DNA of 63,222 bases, the filler included, from Reticulomyxa filosa (taxonomy: Eukaryota > Protista > Foraminifera), in the NCBI GenBank assembly GCA_000512085.1. It is 19 parts of 19 records of this genome, joined end to end, with 100 filler letters (N's around TTAATTAATTAA, not from the genome) between each part and the next. Parts side by side here need not be neighbours in the genome. Positions count along the whole stretch, not along the records: positions 37,688 to 40,169 come from ASPP01004633.1; positions 40,270 to 41,597 come from ASPP01004660.1; positions 41,698 to 43,475 come from ASPP01010942.1; positions 43,576 to 52,288 come from ASPP01019824.1; 15 more parts are not named here. The stretch is one strand, 5' to 3'. The notes below the pieces were generated by a model, which was not told where the DNA came from, made no database searches, and saw nothing but the letters and a program-made list of their open reading frames with translations. Position 1 is the stretch's first letter, and every line of letters starts with the position of its first letter. Position numbers and translations under genes: made by a program. Positions 39,372-52,288 of the stretch are shown one piece after another.

Positions 39372-40269
39372 GATCTTTGTTTTTGTTTGTTTGTTTGTTT
39401 TTTCCGTTGAGCTTTTCCTCTTTTTTTTCTTTTTTTCCCCCCCCCCCCTCTCCTTGCACCTCTTCCCCATGGATATTTGTATAATTAGAATGCTTGGTTA
39501 TAATATTTTTAAATCTATTTTTCAATACCCATTGTTTTTATTTCCACCATAATTGTCCATCAGTTCATCTAATTGTTGCAGAAAAAACAAAAATGTGCTG
39601 TTTTTAAATTTCTTTTTACTACAGGTGGTATGAGTTGTCACCGCAATGACTGCTTGAACAATTGTATCAGGACATATTTATCACTAAACAGGAAGAAGTT
39701 ATCTTCAGTTTTTTTTAAACTAATGAAAATTTATAACTTTTTAAAAATATTGTTCGCCAAAAAGTGGATAGTAAATCCAAAAAGTCCTTTTCTTAGCGAA
39801 AATATCAAAATAGGTTATGAAGTGATCTATTTTCTTCACGAAAACATTCAAACCTAATTTTTTTAAAAATCAAATTTTTTTGCAACTTTTAATTTTTTTG
39901 ATTTTATTGCTTTTTTCATTCATTTACTTTTTAATGCTTTTTTTAGAGAAATAGTTATAGGACCCCGCTCCAAAGGACATAGCCCACCACAAGAACGTAA
40001 ATAAATTTATTGAAAAGTTGTAAAAAAAACAAATGATTTCTTAAATCTAACATAGAATAAAAGATCAATAAAAATTTGATAATTCTCAAGCAACTGAATG
40101 CAGCGAGAAATTTATTCCAACCGACTGTAAGAGCTGTTGCTGCGGAAGGAGACTGCACTAAATGTAATANNNNNNNNNNNNNNNNNNNNNNNNNNNNNNN
40201 NNNNNNNNNNNNNTTAATTAATTAANNNNNNNNNNNNNNNNNNNNNNNNNNNNNNNNNNNNNNNNNNNN

Positions 40270-40950
40270 GAGCATTGGAAAAGCCAATCTCCTTTGGTGG
40301 ATTTGCTCCTATGACAATAGCAGTGGTCATTCACCATACCGACGCTTTTGTAAGCTCCTAGTAGGGGCTTCGTAACTTCATATTGTGGACATCGTCGTTT
40401 CAAATATTTGGAGCTCGGATCATCATTGCAGCGACATTTTACTTCTTTCACAAACAATTCTTGCTTTGGTGGACATGCAAAGTAATGTATTCCTTTGTAC
40501 ATACCATCATGTTTGTCCCATTCTTCACAATTATCTTCTTCGTCTGTTGCAAAGTGCATGGTACCAATGAAGCGGATTGTGACCACCATGCCATTGGTAA
40601 ATTTCAGTCTCCACTCAATCAAGAGACTTATCGTCGCTTTTTTCGATTCGGTCCACTCGTTTGAATTGCGTTGTTGTCTTGGTCGAACTTGTTCAATGCT
40701 GAAAGGTGAAAGAGTTATGCTATGTCAGTGATTCACACTGAAGTGCCTTGTTTGTTCAACTTCGACGTTTATTGATTCTCTGATCCACATGTCGGTCTCG
40801 ATGACATATATTTCTCCTTCCTCCATATCTTCAATGTTTTTCTAATGTATCCGTGACGTCCACTGTTCAATTTCGATGCTGCATTTTCGAATATCGTTTT
40901 CGTCGATTACCGTTTTGATTACATGTTTTCGCGTAAATATACCGCCATAT
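40270..40950 (-). pseudogene. Degenerate CAP-Gly domain gene
   Basis: TIRFIGTMHFA..KHDGMYKGIHYFACPPKQELFVK matches CAP-Gly, but the conserved W-x-G-V-E-L segment is lost and upstream frames contain stops. Confidence 0.65.
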
Positions 40951-41697
40951 GTCTTTTTTTTAAAAAAAAAAGATAGAATAAATAATTGAATTTGTGTTTT
41001 GTTCATTTGTCATCCTATCCCTTCTATCTCAATGGCAATTGACAAACAATAACAAACCTATGAAGAATCTCATTTGATTGTACTGCTCATTGATACTTTT
41101 ATGTATTTTTCATCTAGCTCAATGCCGTATACGTTCTCTCCGTTCGTATCTTTTCCAATTTATGGTATTTTCTATTTTTACAAATTTCAAAATCCAACAT
41201 TGCATAAACGTTTAAAAAAAAAAAATATAGTCAGATTAACTTCTTTTTTTTCTCGTGTCAATCTGTACTCGTTGTCCAATACTGTATTTGCGTTCTTCCC
41301 TTTCATTGTCACTGTGGCCTGTCACTCTGGTTTCCACTTCCGGAATCAATTGAATGATGACAACTGAACACTGTTTGACAAGAATACCTCTTCCTTTGGG
41401 ACACTGCATTTTACACTCGAATCAAGTCATTCTAAATTGATATATGTCTTTTGACTTTAAGCAAATATGATATAACAAAAATAAGACAAAAAAAAAAAAT
41501 CTTAAAGTATTAACATTGCTTGTACATGCAATCATGATCACCAGGAAGCCATATGTCTATAAAGAACATACAAAATATCATTACATACAAAAAAAAANNN
41601 NNNNNNNNNNNNNNNNNNNNNNNNNNNNNNNNNNNNNNNNNTTAATTAATTAANNNNNNNNNNNNNNNNNNNNNNNNNNNNNNNNNNNNNNNNNNNN

Positions 41698-42434
41698 ATC
41701 CAGGTCGACCTGGCGCCCTACCTGCCGGGCATCCTCAAGACCGCGCGTCTGGGCTACGACGGCAAGGGCCAGGTCCGCGTGAAAACCGCCGACGAAGCCC
41801 GCGCCGCTTACGCCAATCTGGGCGGCCAGGCCTGTGTGCTGGAAAAGTGCTGGACCTGAAGCTGGAAGTGTCCGCCATCGTCACCCGCACCAGCCCGGCG
41901 CAAGTGGCGGTGTTCCCGGTAGCGGAGAACATCCACAAGAACGGCATTCTGGAGGAGTCCATCGTACCGGCGCGCATTGCGCCCGAGCTGGCCGCACGCG
42001 CCCAGCAATACGCCAAGCAGCTGGCCGAGGCACTGGATTACGTCGGCGTACTGGCTGTGGAATTCTTTGTACTGGGCGACGACAGCCTGGTGGTAAACGA
42101 AATCGCACCGCGCCCGCACAACTCCGGCCACTACACCATCGACGCTTGCGTCACCGACCAGTACCAGCAACAAGTGCGCGCCATGTGCGGCCTGCTGCCG
42201 GGCAATACCGGCCTGTTGTCACCGGTGGTGATGGTGAACCTGCTGGGCGACGTGTGGCAGGACGACGGTGGCGAGCCCAACTGGGCGGTGCTGATGGAAG
42301 CGCCCAACGCCCACCTGCACCTGTACGGTAAAAAGCAGGCGCGGGTTGGCCGCAAGATGGGCCACTACTGCGTGCTGGCAGCCAGCGTTGACGACGCGCT
42401 GGAACAGGCCCGTGCACTGAAAGATACGCTGTAA
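41698..42434 (+). CDS. purK: N5-carboxyaminoimidazole ribonucleotide synthase (bacterial, 5' partial)
   Basis: [47 protein letters not shown]. One missing base at GAAAAG near 41845 splits the frame. Confidence 0.96.
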
Positions 42435-42442
42435 GCATTCAG

Positions 42443-42474
42443 GCGACGCCCACAAGGCGTCGCTTTTTGTTTTG
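42443..42474 (+). terminator. Intrinsic-terminator-like hairpin between purK and purC
   Basis: GCGACGCC-cacaa-GGCGTCGC followed by TTTTTGTTTTG. Confidence 0.65.
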
Positions 42475-42487
42475 TGAAGGAAGTTTC

Positions 42488-43351
42488 ATGACCCAACTGA
42501 CCAGCCTGAAAAAAATCTACTCGGGTAAAGTACGCGACCTGTACGAAATCGACGACCAGCGCATGCTGATGGTGGCCAGCGACCGCCTGTCCGCCTTCGA
42601 CGTGATCCTGGACGACCCGATTCCGGGCAAGGGCCAGATCCTAACCGCCATCTCCAACTTCTGGTTCGATACGCTGAAAGACGTGGTGCCGAACCACCTC
42701 ACCGGCGACAAAGTGGAAGACGTGGTGGCTGCGGCCGAGCTGCCGCTGGTAGCCGGCCGTGCCGTGGTGGCCAAGCGCCTGAAGCCGGTGATGATCGAAG
42801 CCGTGGTGCGCGGCTACCTGGCCGGCTCCGGCTGGAAGGAATACCAGAAGTCCGGCACCGTGTGCGGCATCGAACTGCCGGCCGGCCTGCAGGAATCCAG
42901 CAAGCTGCCGCAGCCTATCTTCACCCCGTCCACCAAGGCGGCGGTGGGCGATCACGACGAGAACATCACCTACGCCCAGTGCGAAGCCATTGTTGGCGCC
43001 GAGCTGGCCGCCAAGGTGCGTGACACCACCATCCTGCTGTACAAGACCGCTGCCGAGTTCGCGGCCAAGCGCGGCATCATCATCTGCGATACCAAGTTCG
43101 AGTTCGGTCTGGACGCCGACGGTACACTGGTGCTGATGGACGAAGCGCTGACCCCGGATTCCAGCCGCTTCTGGCCGGCCGACAGCTACGCCGAAGGCAG
43201 CACCCCGCCGTCGTTCGACAAGCAGTTCGTGCGCGACTGGCTGGAGGCTTCCGGCTGGAACAAGCAGCCGCCGGCGCCGCAAGTGCCGCTGGACGTGCGC
43301 GAGAAAACCGCCGCCAAATACCGCGAAGCGCTGGAGCGCCTGACCGCCTGA
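42488..43351 (+). CDS. purC: SAICAR synthetase (bacterial)
   Basis: [59 protein letters not shown]. Shine-Dalgarno-like GAAGGAAG upstream of ATG 42488. Confidence 0.98.
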   Translation: MTQLTSLKKIYSGKVRDLYEIDDQRMLMVASDRLSAFDVILDDPIPGKGQILTAISNFWFDTLKDVVPNHLTGDKVEDVVAAAELPLVAGRAVVAKRLKPVMIEAVVRGYLAGSGWKEYQKSGTVCGIELPAGLQESSKLPQPIFTPSTKAAVGDHDENITYAQCEAIVGAELAAKVRDTTILLYKTAAEFAAKRGIIICDTKFEFGLDADGTLVLMDEALTPDSSRFWPADSYAEGSTPPSFDKQFVRDWLEASGWNKQPPAPQVPLDVREKTAAKYREALERLTA

Positions 43352-43394
43352 GCCTGTTACCACGGTTGGCCGCCAGGCTAGCCCTGCTCGTACC

Positions 43395-43432
43395 GACACC
43401 CGTCGTCCACCTGCTGGACGGCGGGTGTTTGT
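43395..43432 (+). terminator. Stem-loop downstream of purC
   Basis: ACACCCGTCGTCCA-cctgc-TGGACGGCGGGTGT, a 14-bp stem with one G-U pair and a short T tail. Confidence 0.6.
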
Positions 43433-44329
43433 CATGGCGCTGCGGCGCGCGGCAGCCACGCTGGCAGATGCCGGGNNNNNNNNNNNNNNNNNNNNNNNNN
43501 NNNNNNNNNNNNNNNNNNNTTAATTAATTAANNNNNNNNNNNNNNNNNNNNNNNNNNNNNNNNNNNNNNNNNNNNTGGAAATAAAAAGGATGAAAAAGGG
43601 GAAAAAATGGAGAAAAAGGGCGTGAGGAACGATGTATACGTGTTGGTGGATATGTGGATTATTTATAATAACCTTCGTTGGCAATCCAGCAGAAAATAGA
43701 TGAAAAAATTATTAAAGCCCCCATAAAATTGCGTTGTTGGTTTGTGGAGATGAAAAATTATGGGCATTACGATAATTCAAATTGTTATACGTCCATCCAC
43801 TCATCTTGTTCAATCTCAACAACTTCATATCACTTCGACTGCATTAACGTCAAATTCCCATTCTACAATCGACTTCACAATTTCTCCATGATCAACATCA
43901 ATTGTTGATATCAAAGTGTCTTGTCATACGCACGCAATGACACGTTATTCATTGTCAAAGACTTGACGATCTCGCAATTACCCATTGGACTCGTCTGGCT
44001 ATTAAAATGTTTTGATACCGAAAAGTGTTTGAATCGCGCAACATCGTGGGAATGTGATGTCCAACTAAAGTCGTTCGAGTGGCCAAAAGCGGAGAACATT
44101 ATGATCCGGTGTTATTGCGATCAATCGAAATTCCTAAAAGTTGTCATAAATAAACAGTTTGTCTTTTTGTGATTAGACAAAACAAATCAAAAAACTTCTT
44201 AAAAAAAAAACTTATATGTACAGACATAAAAATAAGTTCTTAGAACAATCGGCGAGTCACTTGGGGAAAAGGTGGTCATGTGAATCGAAAAGGTCAAAAA
44301 CGAAGATTCACAAAAAAAAAAAGATCATG

Positions 44330-46310
44330 CGAAAAATTTTATTGAAATATACGTGGCAGTGATCTCGACAACTATACGTACCTGATGGCTTCAATGATAA
44401 AAAAAGAATGTTATTTGCTCTGCATCATCTCAACCAAAGCAACGGCAGCACCAATAGCCATTCGATGTGGAGAAAGTCATTGCAAGAACTTGGACATAAG
44501 TAAAAGAAATGGAATTGGCGACGATCTCGTTGCCACAAGGCAAAAAAACAATTGGAAGCTGTTGCAGCCTTCAAAGTCGTGGTATATAGCAACTAAGCGG
44601 CGACGAGTCATTGGCAGCGTAATTGTTCTCCATTTTCACGTTCTCGAAATCAAAGTCTTGGATCTGTCCATTGAAAAGTTTAATTATTTCATATATATTT
44701 AATTAATAATTAACAGCAACATACTCAAACAATATACTTACTTGAACTTGATGTGCGCTTGAAATATTTATAAATATTTGAATATGTAAGTGAACATTGA
44801 GTGTGCGACCAGGATGGAAAGCGTTCTTCATTTAAGTACACGATATGAATGCTGCTTCTGGTCTGAATTCACTTGAAGCAGATGGGCGCGGTGCTGATGT
44901 TCTATTGCCATTTAACATCAATAGTGGCGATTCAAGAAAGTGAATAATGTGGCGATCATGATTCAAATTGTAAAAAGATCGCGTTCTATTTGCCACGACA
45001 ACGCGCACATGGGTCCACATTTTCTCCATACATATATTTGTTATTTGTTCAACAATGAACAAATCAATATCGTTTGATGGCACGTATCGGGTGGAGAGTC
45101 GATGTTGCTTTTTTTTTTTATGCGTATACTTTTTAAAAAAGTATAAGTATACATAACTGATTGAAAGGTATTTTTTTAACTGTCTCAATTTGTACTTTGA
45201 ACCCAAGTTGTGATCAACATATGTGATGTATAGATCTTCAAACAACCAAAAATCGTCAGTCGGACTAATGGAAAAGTTGAACATGTGGTGTCGGTGGACT
45301 AGGCAAGTGAGGTAGTGTGTTGTTCGTCTGGAATGTTTGAAAGTGTAGTTTGGTTTTTTGTTGTGCAATTTGCACCAAATGTTTTGTTTTTAATTTTTTA
45401 ATTTCTTATTTGAAAAAAGGTTACAATTTATTTTTGCAACAAAATTCACAAAAGCGATTGACATGATCGCGATAATCTTTTTCGTTGTCATGTTTTTGCA
45501 GTCGTTCTTTTATGTGGTGTATATGTTATATATGTATATGTACGATGGCATGTCGTGAGATAGTGAACAAAGTACTTTTTTTTATATATCCTCCCTTCTT
45601 ACATAACTGTCAAATTTGCTCACACTTAATAATTTTTGACTTGAGGCAGTCATTGATAAATCTCCACAACTTGACATCTATCCAACCCAAGTTTTTTTAA
45701 TTTTATTTTTATTTTTAAAATTTATACATTTTTTTTATACTAAACCACTTCTCGGATTGCATTGTCAATTATCGTTGGATTTTCATGTGGCTTTAGTTGG
45801 ATTAGTGTTTTTTTTACTTCCTCCATAAATATCCTCTGATTCATTTTTTATTGTTATTTAGATGTAAAATAAGATAAACAAAACAAAATATAAAAATATA
45901 AAAATACATGAATGGTTTTGGGGTGATGAAATTCTTTCATCCAATCAACCAATAAATTGCACATTTTTGTGTATCCTTTGTAATTTGAAGCTGCCAATAA
46001 AACACCTTCTTTTACGTAATTTATAAATTCGTCCTTGTTTCCCTAATTATTTCCAAAGTTATTTTTATTATCTTAATTTGTTAAACATATAAATTAAAAA
46101 AATATATATACATATATAACAACCTCTTGTCATTATGCAACAAATCTCACATTTTAAAGTTGCATATTCTTTTACTATGGTAATGAAATTTTCATCTAAT
46201 ACACTATCTAATCTTGAAAGGCGGATCTCGAAATCTTCATTGGTTAACAACGCTTGTGACTCTTGTAGTTCATCACTCATTTCAACATCAGAAGCATTAT
46301 CTACTGCCAT
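44330..46310 (-). CDS. NELFCD: Negative elongation factor C/D (TH1-like); 5' exons intact, 3' half degenerate
   Basis: RLSRLDSVLDENFITIVKEY..VLLAASNYKGYTKMCNLLVDWM ~ KFSTRDYIMEPSIFNTLKRY..IQLLSENYTAVAQTVNLLAEWL. Downstream matches are weak and have stops or frame changes; the 3' boundary is uncertain. Confidence 0.6.
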
Positions 46311-46995
46311 CCTCTCTAATTGAGCTGAATCAACACTTCATCATTTTCAATATCCATGTCAATGTGTTTTGATTGGGAGTTATAATTATGCTTTTTGTTT
46401 TAGGGACTTTTACCAAAAAAAAAAGCCATGCTGTTTTTCTAAAAAAAAACAATCTTTTTTAGAAAAAAAGAGGAGTCTAGCTACAATGACATTATATTTC
46501 CTTTCTTTTATTGTTTCACTTGTTAATTTTAGAAATATTAAGATTCCAGGAATAATTGATGACAATTACTCCAAGAATGTGAAATGCTGGAGATTGTGGC
46601 TTAGTCTAGTTATTTGCTTTTACTTATCTTTCAATTTTCTAAAAGTCATTTTAAAGTATTTCCGAAAGTTTCAGCTTATACAAACAGAAAATATCAAGAA
46701 AAAGATAATTTTTCCATTTTTGAAAAAAAACAACAAACTTTGACTGGAATATTTAAAACACAATTTCGTAGTAATATTGTCAAATAAAAACCTTTCAAAA
46801 AAAAAAGATGTTAATGTAACATATATGGATAAATGAAAATGTTGCCTAACAAAAACAACAAATGCATCAAAGTATTACAAACAACCCAAATGGTTGCATG
46901 TTTATTGTGTGTCACGCTTAGTGAAGCAGCCCCATACAAAACTCCTATCCAAATCAATCAGTTTAATACTTACTAAACAAACATGTGTATTTGTT

Positions 46996-47493
46996 TTAAA
47001 CAGATAGATTACCTATGACGAAGACAGTGGTATAGTAAAATTGAGATGTCCAAGGATCTCGTAGATAATAAGATGTTTTGTAAATATGGAACCAAAAATT
47101 ACAATGCAACAGAAATGTCTCTGTTGCTGATTTTAACGAGTTTAATGTTGGAAATTGCCAATAATAAACCGTAAAAAGCCATGATAATGTATAAATTAAA
47201 CACAGGTCATAAAATCGATAAAATAGAGCAACAATTGGACCAAGTCCAATAAAATAGGTCATATTCTGTAAATAGATATAATGTTGAGGATAAAACACTG
47301 CTTCCCAAGAATCCCTGTCATCAAATATTGGATCTAAAGCTCGTGACAACAACTTCAATAGCTGAGCAAACACTACTGTTTCTGCAAGTTTACTTTTTGC
47401 AATTGGATTAAAATCATCTTGTGGCTCGCTTTTATCTTTTGAACCTGTTGGTGTATCTGCCTGAGATTTTTTCGATTTTTTCGATTTTGGCAT
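46996..47493 (-). CDS. Multi-pass membrane protein, unknown family (first exon; probably continues to about 46450)
   Basis: ATG-initiated 165-aa ORF with several hydrophobic segments. Confidence 0.5.
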   Translation of the reverse strand: MPKSKKSKKSQADTPTGSKDKSEPQDDFNPIAKSKLAETVVFAQLLKLLSRALDPIFDDRDSWEAVFYPQHYIYLQNMTYFIGLGPIVALFYRFYDLCLIYTLSWLFTVYYWQFPTLNSLKSATETFLLHCNFWFHIYKTSYYLRDPWTSQFYYTTVFVIGNLSV

Positions 47494-47830
47494 TTTTTCC
47501 CCTGGGTTAGACCCTTTTCAGAACGTTAACTGTTACTCGTTTTATACGGTTCACATTTTAAAAATTTTGATGCTACACAAAATCATACTTAACAGACCAC
47601 ACATATCGTTAAATTATTTTTGACGTAGTTGCCATTGTTAAATCAGTAAAGAAACTTGAATTTTTATTTTAGATAAGCCATCCATTGCTGACATGCAAGT
47701 GCGAATAGGCTTTTTGATTGTGTGCGAGTATGATCAAAAACATTGAAAGGCAAAAAAAAGTTTGAATTTTGGTGTCTGTGTGTTTGAAACATTGACGAAT
47801 ATTGAAATAGTGGAAGAGTATTGCATATGT

Positions 47831-49357
47831 TTAGTTTCTGTCCGTGCGAAATCCCTGTGTCAAGACTTGCAAAGGAGTTCTTTCGGTGAGATCAAAAAGA
47901 GGGCCCTGCCACATTTTGAGTTGTCGTTGGTCGTCAACATAAGCAGGATTCCAAAAAATGCCAGTGCAAATACCTTCCAGTTTATCACGACAAATCCGAA
48001 TTAAATCACGTAAAAATAGATATTGACCTTCTTCGGAGTATTCATATGAGCTGTTAAAATCAACCTTGGGTTTTGTCAGAGGATATCCAGTTTCGGCAAT
48101 GACAATGGGAAATCGTCTGTCAAAATAATCATATATGTACTTGAGTTCCTGGAGTTTGGACAAGTCGCAACCTTGCGCGAGAACTGTAGTGTGCAATCAT
48201 AGGGCCATTTCATATTTTCTCTGTCATATTCTGCACAATCATTCCTTAGCTCCGCCCTCTCTCCATACAAAAAAAAAAAAAAAAAAAAAACTTGGATAAA
48301 AAGTTAATCCAATGACATCAAAAGCAACTTTCCAACGATCATTTAATTCACTATAAAATTTGATAATGTTATCAGCACCATTTCTGCCCAAATGCAATTG
48401 ATTTCCCAAAGATGTGTGCAACATGATTCGGGGAGAATGGCTGACACTACGAATCCCATTAATTGCGGATTTCAATAAGCTAGCAAAAAAAAATGAATTT
48501 TTCTCTTGACAAACGGGGGAACCAATAAATCCACCCGATTTTATGCAGCCTTGTGTTGGCTCACTAAACAAAAAGCCGTTTTCAATTTCATGTCCAATTG
48601 AAACTATTTCTGGCAATGCATCCACGTTCTTCAACTTTTCCATTATTTCTTTTGACCATTGAAACACTGCGCCCATCAATCTCTTATCTTTCATTTATTA
48701 TTTATTTGTCTTTTTTCTTGTTGTGCTATTATTCGGACATAAATATACACACCTGCGTAAGATTTCCACGCATGTGGTTTCGATTGGGAAATGTTACTGG
48801 TAAAGTTATCACTGAAATGCAGCTCTAACAGCAATCGGAAATTTTCCTTTGCACGCTTTGCTAATTTCACTATATCATTCACTGATCCATATTTCAATGT
48901 CATCGAAGGATCGTTATATACGCTCAATCGCATTGTCGTTACAAGACTTTTTTATATTCATTTATTATATACTTACATTTCATTTTTTTTGAAGACCCCT
49001 TTTTTTTTGTGCAACTTGTGCTCCAATAAAGTGTACTGAATGTTGTAGAGCTCCGTTCAACTTGTTTTTTAGAATTGACAGTCCATCGTTTGTTGAGGAG
49101 TGATTAACGGACCAATAAAAGACATTATTCTCTCCATCATTGTCCATGCTCTCCAGTATGGTGAAATCTACACCGTACATGAAATTTTTCAATGCTCGCC
49201 GATGGTAGGTCAATAATGGGGCTCCCGAAGGGAACAAGTGATCCGCTTGGGTGACGAGAAACATCATAATGGCACCAAAACAAAATACAGTAGCAGACCA
49301 AAGACCTTGCTGAATTTTGTTGCCATATCGTTTACTTGGCTCACTTGTTAGTTGCAT
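47831..49357 (-). CDS. Glycoside hydrolase family 53 (endo-beta-1,4-galactanase-like), N-terminal membrane anchor, multi-exon
   Basis: YGVDFT, MRLSVYNDP, LAKRAKENFRLLLELHFSD..QSKPHAW, PEIVSIGHEIENGFLF, FDVIGLTFYP, PIVIAETGYP, SEEGQYLFL and GIFWNPAY occur in GH53 order. Confidence 0.88.
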
Positions 49358-49669
49358 GTGCTTAAATATTGGAAAAGGAGATTTCTAAAAAAAAGTGAAT
49401 TGATTTTTTTACGACAGCAATTCTTTGACAAAAAAAATGTGATTTCACAAAGCATAGTGAATGTTTTGAATTGTTGGCTGTAAGCAAAATGTAATATCTC
49501 ACTTTAAAGGCAATTATTTTCTCTATTTTTAATTTACTTTCAAAAGACAATTTCACTGCTACCCTTTAAAAATGAAGTGCTTTAATTTTTTTGAAAAATG
49601 TTATAGAACATGTCGGAATGTCAGCGTTTGCAAAAACAAAATTCAAGTTAAAAAACAAAATTCAAACAT

Positions 49670-51050
<1,381 letters not shown>

Positions 51051-51431
51051 GGCTTACTTGGAATGAATTACTTTTTAAAGTTGAAAGTACACAAATGATC
51101 AACAAAACAACACTGAAAACGACAACAAAACAGCAAAAAAAATTTGACCCCTTTGAACACTTTCTCTCAACCTTTTGAGCAGTGTTTGCCGTGAGCACAT
51201 TTGGAACTATTTTTTTGAAGCTTTCAAGCTTCAAATCAATTTTTATAATTAATATATTGATCAAAGAAGTTGTAGACAGGCTCGTTTTGGGTGAAACCAA
51301 AAAGCTTATACACTTAATGTCATGTATTTATTTTGATCTGAGCTTAAGAAAGTAACAACTTTGAGACACAAAAAGAAACAAAGAACGAAAGAGAAGGACC
51401 CCGTAACAGTATCACAATCAAAACAAATAAG

Positions 51432-52236
51432 ATGTTAGCTCTGAATGGAAACAGTGAAGAAGGGCAAAATATCATGTTTTTTGTGAATTGCGTTTGTTTT
51501 CTCTTTCTAGTATCGTTTTTAGTTGTTCACAAGATTGTACTTACTAACGAAAGCCGCAAGAATAAGGACGCAAGCAAACGTTCGAGCCAAAGATTGAGAG
51601 TTTTTTCATCGTGTCCTTGGTTGGGGACGATAACTTACAGTCATATAATGCACACTTTGAGCACATTCGCGATCCTGTGTGGTATCGCATATGTCATAGC
51701 GAGTGTATTGCCCTATCATCTCTTCAAAAACAAGTCATGTAAAATGCAGACTCCAGGAGCGGCAATAAGTTACTCGTGTCACAAATACTGTATCTATAGT
51801 TGCTTAATAGTAAGACTGCAATCGTCGTTTGTCGGTAGCGACCATGAATATTCCAAAGTACTTATGTACATGTTACACGTATTCAACACATTAGTTACTC
51901 TTATATTGGGGCCGATTTTGGAAGCAATACTAATGAAAAAACACAAAGAAGGCGTCACCAGCAATGGTGCATACATTTGCGCAATATATTACCCTTCTTG
52001 GATGACCAGCACTAGTGCCGCCATTGACTTGATCTTTAATATCGTATTGCTCCTTTTGTTTGTCCGGCCATTGGTGAAACTGGCAAAAGAGCAACATATC
52101 CTCGAAAAAAGGAACATGCAAGAGGATACGTCCATTAATGGCTCACCAGGTACGAACAGTGGACAGATAAGTCCTTTTGAGAGTATTCGAAATGACAACA
52201 GTAATTATAATAACAATAACAATAACAATAATAATG

Positions 52237-52288
<52 letters not shown>
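51432..52288 (+). CDS. Multi-pass membrane protein, 7TM/GPCR-like (3' partial)
   Basis: Five hydrophobic helices, Cys at the start of TM3 (KSCK) and in the second extracellular loop (YICAI), TM5 DLIFNIVLLLLFVRPL, then a poly-Asn loop cut by the contig end. Confidence 0.6.
52193..52288 (+). repeat. (AAT/AAC)n microsatellite encoding poly-Asn
   Basis: Long in-frame AAT run at the contig end. Confidence 0.9.

Noticed and set aside
40795-40845. MEEGEIYVIET resemblance to methionine aminopeptidase 2
   Set aside because: A short match inside degraded sequence with no other MetAP2 motifs nearby.
42641-43459. 272-aa antisense ORF over purC and other overlapping GC-rich ORFs
   Set aside because: Shadow ORFs expected from high-GC codon usage.
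41698-43475. Horizontal transfer of a purine operon into the host
   Set aside because: Standalone contig with no host flanks, no introns and no compositional amelioration.
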